This document shows, piece by piece, positions 21,205-29,739 of a stretch of 64,000 bases of DNA. The notes beneath the pieces are model-generated. The model saw only the letters and a list, made by a program, of their open reading frames with translations. It was not told the DNA's origin and did not search any database. Location of the stretch: assembly GCA_963676725.1 (NCBI GenBank), contig OY781463.1, positions 2,701,421 to 2,765,420 of the forward strand. The letters run 5' to 3'. Source of the DNA: Bacteroidales bacterium (GTDB lineage Bacteria > Bacteroidota > Bacteroidia > Bacteroidales > WRLA01). A program made the translations under genes and the position numbers. Each line of letters opens with the position of its first letter. The stretch's first letter is position 1.

Positions 21205-21462
21205 TAGATTTCTCCCGCAGGATCTTCACTTCGTTTTGATCCCTTGGTCGAAAAGACAGGATTCGTTAGGGAGCAGACAAAAGTGGCGCGCGGACATATA
21301 TATTTTAAAGTTATTGTGTCCGCGCGCCACTTTTGTCTATCTATATTTCACCATCTTGTCTTTTCGACTGAGGTCATTTTTCTTAGTTACAGTGTTTTAT
21401 ATTCTTTTTGATATAGAACACTCATTAAATTACAAACATAAGATGACCGAGGGAGAAATCTA
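21205..21462. mobile_element. Foldback MITE-like element (copy 1)
   Basis: 12-nt terminal inverted repeats TAGATTTCTCCC...GGGAGAAATCTA, with TA at both ends. Internal matched arms GTCGAAAAGACAGG / CTTGTCTTTTCGAC. Central perfect 22-bp inverted repeat AGACAAAAGTGGCGCGCGGACA (21275-21296) / TGTCCGCGCGCCACTTTTGTCT (21317-21338). Confidence 0.5.
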
Positions 21463-21671
21463 AAACAACATTCATTGAAATATACTGAATTTCATTGCTT
21501 AGCCTAAGTACTCATTTGAGAAAAAACTAAGCATCTAAACTTTGTTTCAGCCTTAGAAAAACCTTCTGCCTTTTTATATTATTATAAAGCACTAATAAAC
21601 AATACCTTATATTATTGTTTATTGAGGTGTTCAAATAAATACTTAACCTAATCGGTTGTTATATTGATAAT

Positions 21672-21929
21672 TAGATTTCTCCCGCAGGATCTTCACTTCG
21701 TTTTGATCCCTTGGTCGAAAAGACAGGATTCGTTAGGGAGCAGACAAAAGTGGCGCGCGGACATATATATTTTAAAGTTATTGTGTCCGCGCGCCACTTT
21801 TGTCTATCTATATTTCACCATCTTGTCTTTTCGACTGAGGTCATTTTTCTTAGTTACAGTGTTTTATATTCTTTTTGATATAGAACACTCATTAAATTAC
21901 AAACATAAGATGACCGAGGGAGAAATCTA
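21672..21929. mobile_element. Foldback MITE-like element (copy 2, inside the second 467-bp unit)
   Basis: Same sequence as 21205..21462, offset by 467 nt. Confidence 0.5.
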
Positions 21930-22285
21930 AAACAACATTCATTGAAATATACTGAATTTCATTGCTTAGCCTATGCACTCAATTGAACACCTCATATTGT
22001 TTATTCGTATAGACCAAATTTTGAGCACTAAGTTTTTTTTTTCAAAAATAGAAGCTTTTTTTCTCGAGCACTATTTTAAAGTGCAATCTAAATCATTTTA
22101 GTATACGATAACGTAAGTCTATCCGAAAACGGATAATAATAATGTTATTCACCTGTTTCTCAATAGTTTATGAGCATATATCAATATATTAAGCTAAAAG
22201 GATATATTGAATTCGGATAAAAGCAGAAGAGGGGCTAAAGAATAGTATGTTTATTAAAGATTGATTAACAATAACTTAAAGACTT

Positions 22286-22301
22286 TGGCACGGACATTGC
22301 A
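22286..22301 (+). promoter_or_regulatory. Sigma-54 (RpoN) -24/-12 promoter
   Basis: TGGCACggacaTTGCA matches the TGGCAC-N5-TTGCW consensus exactly, with GG at 22287-88 and GC at 22299-300. It is on the same strand as, and about 1.2 kb downstream of, the sigma-54 activator gene. Confidence 0.7.
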
Positions 22302-22311
22302 TATTATAGGG

Positions 22312-22470
22312 AGCAAACGTTCTTAGCAAACCTAGAAAATATTGCAAACCAAACCAAATAAAATCAAACGCTCTTAACTACTTTTTATTAATTGTTTCAA
22401 TTTTCTTAAGTTTACTTAATTATTTTTTGATTACTGTTTTACCAGAGCCGTTCCAGGCTCTGGTTTTTTT
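22312..22470 (+). ncRNA. Candidate sigma-54-dependent small RNA (~160 nt)
   Basis: It is bounded by the sigma-54 promoter (predicted TSS ~22311-22313) and an intrinsic terminator. There is no ATG or GTG in the interval and only tiny TTG frames. It has a C/A-rich stretch gcaaaccaaaccaaataaaatcaaacg. The 5' end is inferred, not observed. Confidence 0.5.
22442..22470 (+). terminator. Rho-independent terminator
   Basis: CCAGAGCC-gttcca-GGCTCTGG is a perfect 8-bp GC-rich stem, followed by TTTTTTT. Confidence 0.8.
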
Positions 22471-23096
22471 ACGCCCATTTTTCTACGAAAGACGCGCTTT
22501 TCCTATATGGAAATATCCGGTGTTTGAGCTCGACAGACAAATACATAATTCTTAACTATTCCGGAATATTTAGACCCCCTCTGTTCGTAGAAATCACTCA
22601 TAATTAGTTATTTAGACAAAGGTAATCGTCATTTCGACAGAAAGCTCGAAGCAGAGCGGAGAGCTGAATTGAGAAATCTGTCCTAATAATTCAATAAAAA
22701 TCACTAGAGGTGTTCAAATAAATATTTATTCTAGTCGAAGAAAAAAAGGTCATTTTGTTGAGGAACTCGAAGTAAGATTCTCGAAAGAAACAAAGACGAT
22801 CCATGCGAAACAACTGATAATCAAGCGTAAGAATTACAAATTCGCACTAGCGTTTGGAGAGAATTCGCGTTCTTAGCAAATAAAAAAGGATAAAAAACTA
22901 CTCTACCTAATCCGCGAATAATAATAAAAATAAAAAAACGAAACGGCCTCTTCTGCGCAAATCTGCGTAATCCGCGGGAAAGAAATAAATAAACTATAGT
23001 AGAATCTGCTGAACGCAGCCGAAATGCCCGCAGGATCTTCACTTCACTTCAATACTTTGTTCCAAAAAACAGGATTCCTTCGGAAACAAGATCGAA

Positions 23097-23672
23097 TTAA
23101 ATACTCAGCCAGTTTTCTATAATTTGAGCGCCATAGGGCGTCATTATTGATTCGGGATGAAACTGTATACCAAAAAGGGGGAACTGCCGATGCTCCACAG
23201 CCATTATTAAACCATCTGCATCGGTTGCAGTGCAACGAAGCACTTCCGGAAAGGCTTTCTCCTGAACACACCATGAATGATAACGTCCTGCCTGAAAATT
23301 CTCAGGAATGCCGCGAAATAAAACGGAATCATTCGTATGACGGATCATTGAGGATTCCCCATGAACAATTCTTCCTGGCTTTTGCAATCCGGCGCCAAAA
23401 GTTTCGGCCAAAGCCTGATGTCCGAGGCAAACCCCAAGCATTGGCATACGCCCTGCGCAAGCCCTGATTATATTATAGAGCACTTTACGCTCCGATGGCA
23501 AACCCGGGCCGGGAGAAATCAGCACTTTATCGTATTTATTAATAGTTGATAAATCAAAATGTTCAGGAAAAACCAAATGGTATTTATCCACACCCAATTC
23601 TCTCACAATTTGCAATAAATTATAGGTAAAGGAATCGTGATTATCAATGATTAACAGTTGCTTAGTACTCAT
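23097..23672 (-). CDS. pabA: Glutamine amidotransferase component II of aminodeoxychorismate/anthranilate synthase
   Basis: LLIIDNHDSFTYNL. Catalytic GVCLGHQAL. FGIQFHPES. The start was moved to MSTKQ (ATG at 23672). I prefer pabA over trpG only because pabB and pabC are nearby. Confidence 0.8.
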   Translation of the reverse strand: MSTKQLLIIDNHDSFTYNLLQIVRELGVDKYHLVFPEHFDLSTINKYDKVLISPGPGLPSERKVLYNIIRACAGRMPMLGVCLGHQALAETFGAGLQKPGRIVHGESSMIRHTNDSVLFRGIPENFQAGRYHSWCVQEKAFPEVLRCTATDADGLIMAVEHRQFPLFGIQFHPESIMTPYGAQIIENWLSI

Positions 23673-23849
23673 GCGGCAAAAATAGTATTTTTCCATAGAA
23701 GCAAGCAATAGTATAGTCGGGTGCCGAGGCATCAAAGATCAATCTGCTTTTGACATCAGGGAGGATTTGAGGAAGACAAGTTATCAAATTGGATTTTCAT
23801 TTCCCTATCCTAGGCACTATTGAAAATGCATTGGCATCCTTTCCCAATA

Positions 23850-25502
23850 CTAATCATGATAAATCACCACCGGCAATGGTTTGCTATGCTCTATTGCATG
23901 GGTGCTGTCTATGGCTTTGCAGCCGTGGACACCCGTTACTTCAACACTAAGAATGATCGTGGTGTCTGCATAAAAGCTGGTATCTGTGCTACCGTTTTGC
24001 CAGAGGTAGGATTGAAAATTCCCCGGCCAGAGGTTAACACCATAGTCTTCACAAAAGCCGGTATCTGTTGGTAAAAGCGGAACAGGCAGAGGATGGATAA
24101 AAATCTCCTGCACTGTAGTGTCGTTCAGGTTGTTGTTATAGCCAATTACACTGACCTGATAAGCCCCGGTATCTTCATAAATATGATAAGGAAAAAATGA
24201 ATCCGAATAATTGGCCACACCGCTGGCCGGATCTCCAAAATCCCAGAAAACAGAATCCTGTGAGGCCGTATCTGTAATGGCGAAAAAGCTGGTATCCCCA
24301 ATGCAATGGCCTTCCCATGTGAAGTTGGCTTGGTTGAAGAAGGATTGGATGAAGGCGGGGAGGCCGAGGTAGGCAAGATGATTCCCGCTGCCATTATCCA
24401 GTAATACAGCCGAATCTTCAAATCTACATGCGAGCCCGGCTTCGTTTGGAAAATTGATCCTGCATAAGTAAGGCCGGCCTGACCTGGTGGTATAAATCCT
24501 TGAGTCGGGGCCTATTTGCAAAGCCCCGTATGGATTAGAGGTGGAGCTGACAGAATCTAAAAATACAGATGAATTTATGATTGCCGCAGAATCAGGCAAG
24601 CCTATATCGTATTGCATCAGGATCGTATTCCCCCCATAGTTGTAAGAGCTGAAGTAGAGTTTGCTTTCGTCCGGTGAAAACTCTATGCCATATGCATCAT
24701 TGTAAACATGACGGGGAAAGGTAAGCGGATTGCTCATTTGAGCTGTTTCATTATCAAAATCAAACAGCTGGAAAGTTTCATCCGGACAAACAGCACAGCA
24801 TATATAATTTCCTTTTATGGAGGCTTTTAAATAACCTGTTATGCTGTATGCGCTGTGCACTGCTCCAATACTGCACTCAACGGGTTGATGGTGCAGGGAG
24901 TCTTTGTCTATTAAAAATGACCTGAAAGTATTTGTTTCCCAAATGTGTGTTACTACCCAAAAAGAAGTGTCGTTTGCGTGTTTTACAGAGGTTACCATTT
25001 CGTGGGTCGGGCCGGTTAATACTTGGCCAGACCCGTTGATTACATCGCCAAGCCCACCATCAAGGTTCATATTGATGATATAGTATGATAAACCGGGGCT
25101 GCCTTGCCGCATGGGTACGGTGAACAGATAATACAAACTGTCTCTGCATGGCCAGGGGACAACAATAGCAGACATTGTTGAAGAGGGATGGCCTGTCAGG
25201 CCTTTGCCATTGGGCATGGTGTCGTGCTGCGCATTCCAAACAGAAAGGCCATCCGTATAGAAAAGCAGGTTGCCGGTACCGTCCGAAATAGAAGCACAGC
25301 CTTCACTTTGGTCAATTTGCCCATCAAATAAAGGCTGTGGGCTGCCATTAGCTGTATTGAAGGTAATGCCGGCATTATGCCCAAAATACCAATTATTGGC
25401 TTGTTTGTTTTGGGCAGATGCATAAGCAGAAAACACACACAGTAATAATATGATGATAATTTGGTTCACATTCTTTAATATTCGGACGAAACAAAAGTAC
25501 AA
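23850..25502 (-). CDS. Secreted NNWYFG-family protein (probable beta-propeller) with a PKD-like segment and the same short C-terminal tail as the P-domain paralogs
   Basis: Signal peptide ...IIIILLLCVFSAYASA, then QNKQANNWYFGHNAGITFNT...EGCASISDGTGNLLFYTDG. PKD-like FWDFGDPASG. It ends ...HSKPLPVVIYHD-stop. The track start is TTG, which overlaps a TAGATTTG -7-like box, so the real start may be the GTG 11 codons downstream. Confidence 0.75.
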   Translation of the reverse strand: MYFCFVRILKNVNQIIIILLLCVFSAYASAQNKQANNWYFGHNAGITFNTANGSPQPLFDGQIDQSEGCASISDGTGNLLFYTDGLSVWNAQHDTMPNGKGLTGHPSSTMSAIVVPWPCRDSLYYLFTVPMRQGSPGLSYYIINMNLDGGLGDVINGSGQVLTGPTHEMVTSVKHANDTSFWVVTHIWETNTFRSFLIDKDSLHHQPVECSIGAVHSAYSITGYLKASIKGNYICCAVCPDETFQLFDFDNETAQMSNPLTFPRHVYNDAYGIEFSPDESKLYFSSYNYGGNTILMQYDIGLPDSAAIINSSVFLDSVSSTSNPYGALQIGPDSRIYTTRSGRPYLCRINFPNEAGLACRFEDSAVLLDNGSGNHLAYLGLPAFIQSFFNQANFTWEGHCIGDTSFFAITDTASQDSVFWDFGDPASGVANYSDSFFPYHIYEDTGAYQVSVIGYNNNLNDTTVQEIFIHPLPVPLLPTDTGFCEDYGVNLWPGNFQSYLWQNGSTDTSFYADTTIILSVEVTGVHGCKAIDSTHAIEHSKPLPVVIYHD

Positions 25503-25530
25503 ATCTATTTGATTGTATGATGATTTTTTG
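25461..25530. repeat. 70-nt exact direct repeat, copy 1 (5' end and upstream region of the 550-aa gene)
   Basis: ttggttcacattctttaatattcggacgaaacaaaagtacaaatctatttgattgtatgatgattttttg is identical to 39331..39400. Confidence 0.95.
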
Positions 25531-25580
25531 CTGAATATTTAAGGGGATAACAATGTTTTTAAGTGCAGACCAGCTTTTAA

Positions 25581-25718
25581 ACGACAAGCCAAAACAGCGT
25601 AGTAGAGATTCAAAACCACGAGCTAAACGAACAACTGGCACTTATCAGCCAATTGGATGAAGACGAGAAAAACGCTTTGATTAAAATTATTTATTCTATG
25701 CTTACTAAAAAAGAATGA
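25581..25718 (+). pseudogene. Possible C-terminal remnant of an XRE-type HTH regulator
   Basis: Start-less open frame ...ELNEQLALISQLDEDEKNALIKIIYSMLTKKE-stop. I recall tails like this on small Bacteroidota HTH proteins. There is no start codon or HTH portion. Confidence 0.25.
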
Positions 25719-25795
25719 AGGATTTATTAGATGGGAAGGCTAAGTTTTAGGGTATGAAAAAGCCCCACATTTGCGAGGCTTAGACTATTCAATTA

Positions 25796-26098
25796 TTAGT
25801 TCAAAATTGTCTCAGAGAAGAAAATAAATAATACAATCCAAATAATTGCTGATAACCAAGAAATTCCTAGAAATAATAAAATCTTGATTAAAAACTTTTT
25901 TTCATCCTTATTTATAGTTTCAGATTTATTAACAGTTCTCAAAATCCGGAATGCATCAATCGTATTATTAACATGCCCTGTATACTTTGGGTTTTCTCTT
26001 TGCATCAAACTTTTTAATTTCTTTCTATTTGCTAAATACAAAAGAAGGGAGATACCAGCGGGTATTGTTGAGATGTAGAAAATTATAATGTTATTCAT
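25796..26098 (-). CDS. Small membrane protein, putative immunity protein for cassette H
   Basis: 100 aa with two hydrophobic helices (IIIFYISTIPAGISLLLYLA; ILLFLGISWLSAIIWIVLFIFF). It lies directly downstream of the toxin cassette on the same strand and is AT-rich. Confidence 0.55.
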   Translation of the reverse strand: MNNIIIFYISTIPAGISLLLYLANRKKLKSLMQRENPKYTGHVNNTIDAFRILRTVNKSETINKDEKKFLIKILLFLGISWLSAIIWIVLFIFFSETILN

Positions 26099-26111
26099 AT
26101 CTATATTGTAT

Positions 26112-26357
26112 TTATCTCCTTGATCCAGGACGTGACCAAAAATCTCTTGATGGAGGTGAAAAAGTTATTGTATATGAAAAGTAAAGGAACCAGCCAGCAC
26201 CAACACCAATGTTTCCACCATAACCATTTAAATTATTACCATAATGATCTCGTACAGCACCATGACTCATATCTTTATATCCTTCAAAACTAAGGGGTGT
26301 AGGCCCAATAGATAAGTTTACTCCACTTGCCCAACCAGAAAAGTCATTCATACTCAT
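26112..26357 (-). CDS. Gly/aromatic-rich 81-aa ORF, ATGA-coupled to the cassette H glycine-zipper frame
   Basis: Its ATG overlaps the TGA of the upstream frame (aaaaATGAgt). It contains RDHYGNN, which resembles the [10 protein letters not shown] and EEHYISGSLY termini of cassettes B and F. Confidence 0.4.
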   Translation of the reverse strand: MSMNDFSGWASGVNLSIGPTPLSFEGYKDMSHGAVRDHYGNNLNGYGGNIGVGAGWFLYFSYTITFSPPSRDFWSRPGSRR

Positions 26358-27198
26358 TTTTTATTGGTTTGTGAATAACCCATTCCAGCACTTGCACCCC
26401 AACCAATAACTGCACCTAATGTTAAATACATCTTTGAGTTTCCATAGCTATCTACAACAGCTCCAATATCTCCCATTGCTCCAAATCCAGCAGCAGCGGC
26501 ACCGTTAGCAACTGAAATAACTTGGCCACGATTATCTTCATCACCCCACCAGCTGAGCCTTTATTCTCATTTGTTTTATCTATTTTATCTGTTTTGTTTT
26601 TTTTCTTGTCGCCATCACCCTCAATCTCATCAAAATTGATTTCATATCCATGCCACAATCCTTCTGGATCTTCCATCCATTGCGACCAAATGTCACAATC
26701 ATCAAAACCATGTGGATTCATCCCCGTTGGATCGATAAATTTAATAGGGTTATTAAAGCTATTGTTATATGGGCTCCAGCAATTCATTTCTTCTGCTTTT
26801 GGGTCAACAGAATGCCACCGGGCGATTTGAGGGTCATAAAACCTCGCCCCATAATCATACCAATCCAAACCAAAATCATCCTGCAGCTCACTTCGACTAC
26901 GCTCAGTGCAACGCTTTCCATTATACTTGTATTTATTCTCAGGGCTGGAGTTGGCAGAACTCAAACCGGCAATGTTCATCCCAAAAGGATAATAGGCATC
27001 TTCCTGCAAGACATTTCCGTTTTGGCTGAGGCTAATGCGGGTGTTTCCCAAATGGTCTTTCAGGAAGTACTGGTATTCGTATGTGTCCTCGTTTTGCTTC
27101 ATAATGCGGCCTTCGGAAGTGAGGATAAACTGGAGTTGGTTGTTTTCATACACAAAATTAGCAATATAATCGGATTGGTCAAGAGCACTGCCATCGGA
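26354..27198 (-). pseudogene. Rhs C-terminal toxin cassette H (frameshifted; glycine-zipper type C-terminal domain)
   Basis: Rhs core end SDGSALDQSDYIANFVYENNQLQF...LKDHLGNTRISL...QEDAYYPFGMN...[44 protein letters not shown]...NNPIKFIDPTGMN. The reading frame breaks near 26550-26560. The alternative frame (26354..26560) reads RLSWWGDEDNRGQVISVANGAAAAGFGAMGDIGAVV...GAVIGWGASAGMGYSQTNKK-stop. Confidence 0.7.
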
Positions 27199-27212
27199 TT
27201 ATTCGAGCTTTT

Positions 27213-27380
27213 TATTTGCCCGTCAAACACTGCCTGTGGGCTGCCATCTATGGTGTTAAAGGTGAGCCCGGCATGTTGTCCAAAATACCAATTATTGGCT
27301 TGTTTGTTTTGGGCATAAGTTAGTGTAGCTCCCAGAAGGAAGCTGGTCAATGTTATAGTATTTGTTGTCCGAAAAAACAC
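27213..27380 (-). pseudogene. Leader fragment L1: signal peptide plus the first ~33 residues of an NNWYFG-family gene, joined out of frame to cassette H
   Basis: MFFRTTNTITLTSFLLGATLTYAQNKQANNWYFGQHAGLTFNTIDGSPQAVFDGQI parallels residues ~28-64 of the 23850..25502 protein. Homology ends at FDGQI, and a TAA precedes the Rhs frame. Confidence 0.75.
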
Positions 27381-27449
27381 GAAACAAATATATGAATTTA
27401 ATAATCTTGCTTCTAAATAAAATGGGGGTTGGCGATATTATTTTATGCC

Positions 27450-27596
27450 CGAAAATCAACAATCATTGTCAGTCAGCTACCTGCGGCAAGCTGGTTCAAT
27501 ATCATTGGCGAAGCTACTATTGCCGATGCAATATTGGACCGGTTGATACATACTTCCCACAGAATTGAATTAACAAGGAGACAGTTTAAGAAAAAA
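27450..27596 (+). mobile_element. Remnant of the IS21-family helper ATPase IstB (C-terminal ~50 aa only)
   Basis: IIVSQLPAASWFNIIGEATIADAILDRLIHTSHRIEL matches the IstB C-terminal pattern (S-N/Q...W...G[DE]..[AL]A.AILDRL.H.[AS]H.[IL].L). There is no Walker region, transposase or terminal repeats. Confidence 0.6.
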
Positions 27597-27731
27597 AGTA
27601 ATATTGTCAGCCAATCGCGTTCTTTAATAACTTTACGAATCAGACGGGTCAATATCACCGGAATGTGCATTAATATTATACGGTGATGTTTTCTCTGCTT
27701 GTTCCTGTTCTTTTGATTTTATGAAGCAGTT

Positions 27732-27977
27732 TTAATTAAGTAAACAATACAAAAAAGCAATAAAATTAATCACAATAAAGGCATAAAGTGCAATACTGTA
27801 ATAAGATGTACTCCTGTATTGTGAAATATATTGGTAAAGAACAAAACTCAATAAACACGATGTAACTACTTGTACAGCAACTCCAGTTATTGATAAAACA
27901 AGATTAATCTCTGTGTTGCACAGATTAATAGAGAATGAAATACAAATTAATGCAGCTATAAAAAGTTTTTTTTTCAT
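27732..27977 (-). CDS. Small membrane protein, putative immunity protein for cassette G
   Basis: 81 aa with three predicted TM helices. Its start lies 2 nt after the toxin stop. Confidence 0.55.
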   Translation of the reverse strand: MKKKLFIAALICISFSINLCNTEINLVLSITGVAVQVVTSCLLSFVLYQYISQYRSTSYYSIALYAFIVINFIAFLYCLLN

Positions 27978-27979
27978 TT

Positions 27980-29185
27980 TTAATCATTTTCTTTTGAATA
28001 AACTAACTTTAATGAAAAATCAAGTGAAACATGGAGTACGCCGCCGGGTGTAATGATCAAAGGAACTTTTCCCCCTATTGCAGCACCTGTGCTTATTGTC
28101 GTTGAATTGTTCATGTTACTTATTGTTGTCTCACTTTGAGTAAAAGGTACACCAGTGCCTATGGTAACTGTTGCTTCAGAATTTAGATTTGGATCAATAG
28201 TATATTCAACCCCGTACCCTTTTGCCTGTGCTACCAAATTTAAGGAAGGATTTTCATTCTTTTCCGTTACAATATCCACCTCAGTTTTACCTGTATATAG
28301 TTCTGTTTCTGATTTAGCAGTAATACTAGTTTTATTCAATTCTATTGCAGCTCCGCCGCCCGCTTCTCCTTTAATATTATAAGTAACGCCTAACTCCTCA
28401 CTTACGGATCCTTCAAGTTTTGTTTCCAGCGTCGTGTTTTCAATAATATCATTTATTTTATTTTTTATACTTTTTATTGCTGATCGTAAAAGATTATATG
28501 CGGTAGTTTGAATCCTGTGGGCAATATAATTTTTGACTCTGTTTTTAAAGTCTTCATCTCTTGGGTCTGGCACATCATCAAATTCATGGTCGTTAGCCCC
28601 ATTAGGGTCAATACGCCCCAATGGGTTATTTTGAACATAGTTAAACGGGCTTAGCCATTCTCTTTCTTCTGTTTTAGGGTCGGATACGTGCCATCTGCCA
28701 ATAGAGGCATCATACATCCTCGCCCCGTAATCATACCAATCCAGGCCAAATTCATCCTGCAATTCCTTGCCGTTGTATTTGTATTTGTTTTCGGAACAGG
28801 AGTTGTTATAGCTTAAGCCTTTTATATTCATCCCATAGGGGTAATAGGCATCTTCCTGTAAAATGTTCATATCTTCATCGAAGGTAATACGGGTATTGCC
28901 CAGGTGGTCTTTCAAAGAATACTCATAAGAGGAACTGCCATCCTCATGCATTACTATCCTGCCATGGTTTGCCATTAAATAGGCAAGCTCCGTATTGTCC
29001 CCGTTTACATCAGAATACACAAAACGTCCGGCATAGTCAAACGTTTTGGATATCTGGTGGTCGATGCGGGTCTGTTTCCGCAGCTTTGTGCCAGTGGCCG
29101 TATATAGGTAATTGATTCCCTGCATAATGGTGCTTCTGGAACTTGTTCCGGTTACAATCTGCAAATAATTACACGCGATAATCAT
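27980..29185 (-). CDS. Rhs C-terminal toxin cassette G (beta-rich C-terminal domain of unknown family)
   Basis: ATG start. Conserved ...TGTKLRKQTRIDHQISKTFDYAGRFVYSD...LKDHLGNTRITF...QEDAYYPYGMN...YKYNGKELQDEFGLDWYDYGARMYDASIGRWHVSDP...NNPLGRIDPNGAN, followed by a unique Gly/Thr/Ser-rich domain with an alternating pattern. Confidence 0.75.
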   Translation of the reverse strand: MIIACNYLQIVTGTSSRSTIMQGINYLYTATGTKLRKQTRIDHQISKTFDYAGRFVYSDVNGDNTELAYLMANHGRIVMHEDGSSSYEYSLKDHLGNTRITFDEDMNILQEDAYYPYGMNIKGLSYNNSCSENKYKYNGKELQDEFGLDWYDYGARMYDASIGRWHVSDPKTEEREWLSPFNYVQNNPLGRIDPNGANDHEFDDVPDPRDEDFKNRVKNYIAHRIQTTAYNLLRSAIKSIKNKINDIIENTTLETKLEGSVSEELGVTYNIKGEAGGGAAIELNKTSITAKSETELYTGKTEVDIVTEKNENPSLNLVAQAKGYGVEYTIDPNLNSEATVTIGTGVPFTQSETTISNMNNSTTISTGAAIGGKVPLIITPGGVLHVSLDFSLKLVYSKEND

Positions 29186-29414
29186 ATGGTCTTAAAAAAA
29201 CATCAAATTTAATGATAACTGTTGTGTAATTAAAGTCTTTGTTGATTAATTGAATTTCAAGAAGAACTTGAAGTTATATATTACTGGTTTACATATCTGA
29301 ATCTCAAAAGTAATTGAATTATTATACTTACTAAACTGCTTGAAAAAATGGCAATTACATTTAACTTTGATTGCGTCAACACTAATTCCATATATTGCTG
29401 AAAGGCTCTATTCT

Positions 29415-29735
29415 TTAATTACCTTTAAGTTCTTTTATAAAGTATATTGGTGCATAAATTATATTTAAAAATATTAACAACAATAAATTTATAGTGCTAT
29501 CTTTTCTGTTTTTCCAAACTATAATATTGTATATCCAAAAAACAAAAGCAACTAATCCTGTCAATCTGGCTAATAAACTAGATGTGTACAATCCTATTTT
29601 CTCGGCTATCACTTTCTTTGCTTCATAATTATCAGCAGTCAGTAAAAAAATTGGAATTAGCAATATTAATAAAACATACACAATGCTAATTATCCAAAAC
29701 ACTATCCATAAATTTTTTTTTCTCATATTTCTCAT
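29415..29735 (-). CDS. Small membrane protein, putative immunity protein for cassette F (apparent paralog of 38032..38331)
   Basis: 106 aa with three or four TM helices. The C-terminal half FVFWIYNIIVWKNRKDSTINLLLLIFLNIIYAPIYFI aligns with FGFSIYNLYIWAKYDKRITIFFLLFFLMGLYTPFYYL of the cassette A partner. Confidence 0.6.
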   Translation of the reverse strand: MRNMRKKNLWIVFWIISIVYVLLILLIPIFLLTADNYEAKKVIAEKIGLYTSSLLARLTGLVAFVFWIYNIIVWKNRKDSTINLLLLIFLNIIYAPIYFIKELKGN

Positions 29736-29739
29736 ATTT

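Larger units (their letters stand above)
21048..21975. repeat. Near-identical tandem duplication, 2 x 467 bp, that includes the last 24 nt of the bEBP gene
   Basis: tttgagaaaaaactaagcatctaaactttg... occurs at 21048 and again at 21515. The track ORFs 21197..21463 and 21664..21930 are identical 88-aa translations offset by 467. Confidence 0.95.

Noticed and set aside
21197-21930. Two identical 88-aa ORFs (21197..21463 and 21664..21930) as duplicated small protein genes.
   Set aside because: Each ORF spans the foldback element, so the translation reads through both arms of a palindrome. It starts on a non-ATG codon and has no protein-like features. The identity only reflects the 467-bp duplication.
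22500-23096. ORFs 22821..23042 and 23044..23274, and the surrounding sequence, as small genes.
   Set aside because: The region is a patchwork of the same short dispersed motifs seen in the satellite and the foldback element (gcgtaatccgcggg, cccgcaggatcttcac, tcgaagcagagcgg). ORF 23044..23274 also overlaps the pabA 3' end out of frame.
26650-27318. A 222-aa plus-strand ORF and its recurring relatives (30376..30627, 32503..32754, 34332..34583, 36007..36216), which look conserved.
   Set aside because: They are antisense to the conserved Rhs core block and recur only because that block is repeated. The minus-strand frame carries the unmistakable Rhs motifs.
27099-27380. Programmed ribosomal frameshift joining leader L1 (and L2 at 32824..33102) to the Rhs block, which would make a signal-peptide-toxin fusion.
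   Set aside because: The Rhs frame has an in-frame TAA immediately upstream of SDGSALD. There is no canonical slippery heptamer before it (ataaaaagc only). I therefore interpret these junctions as dead.
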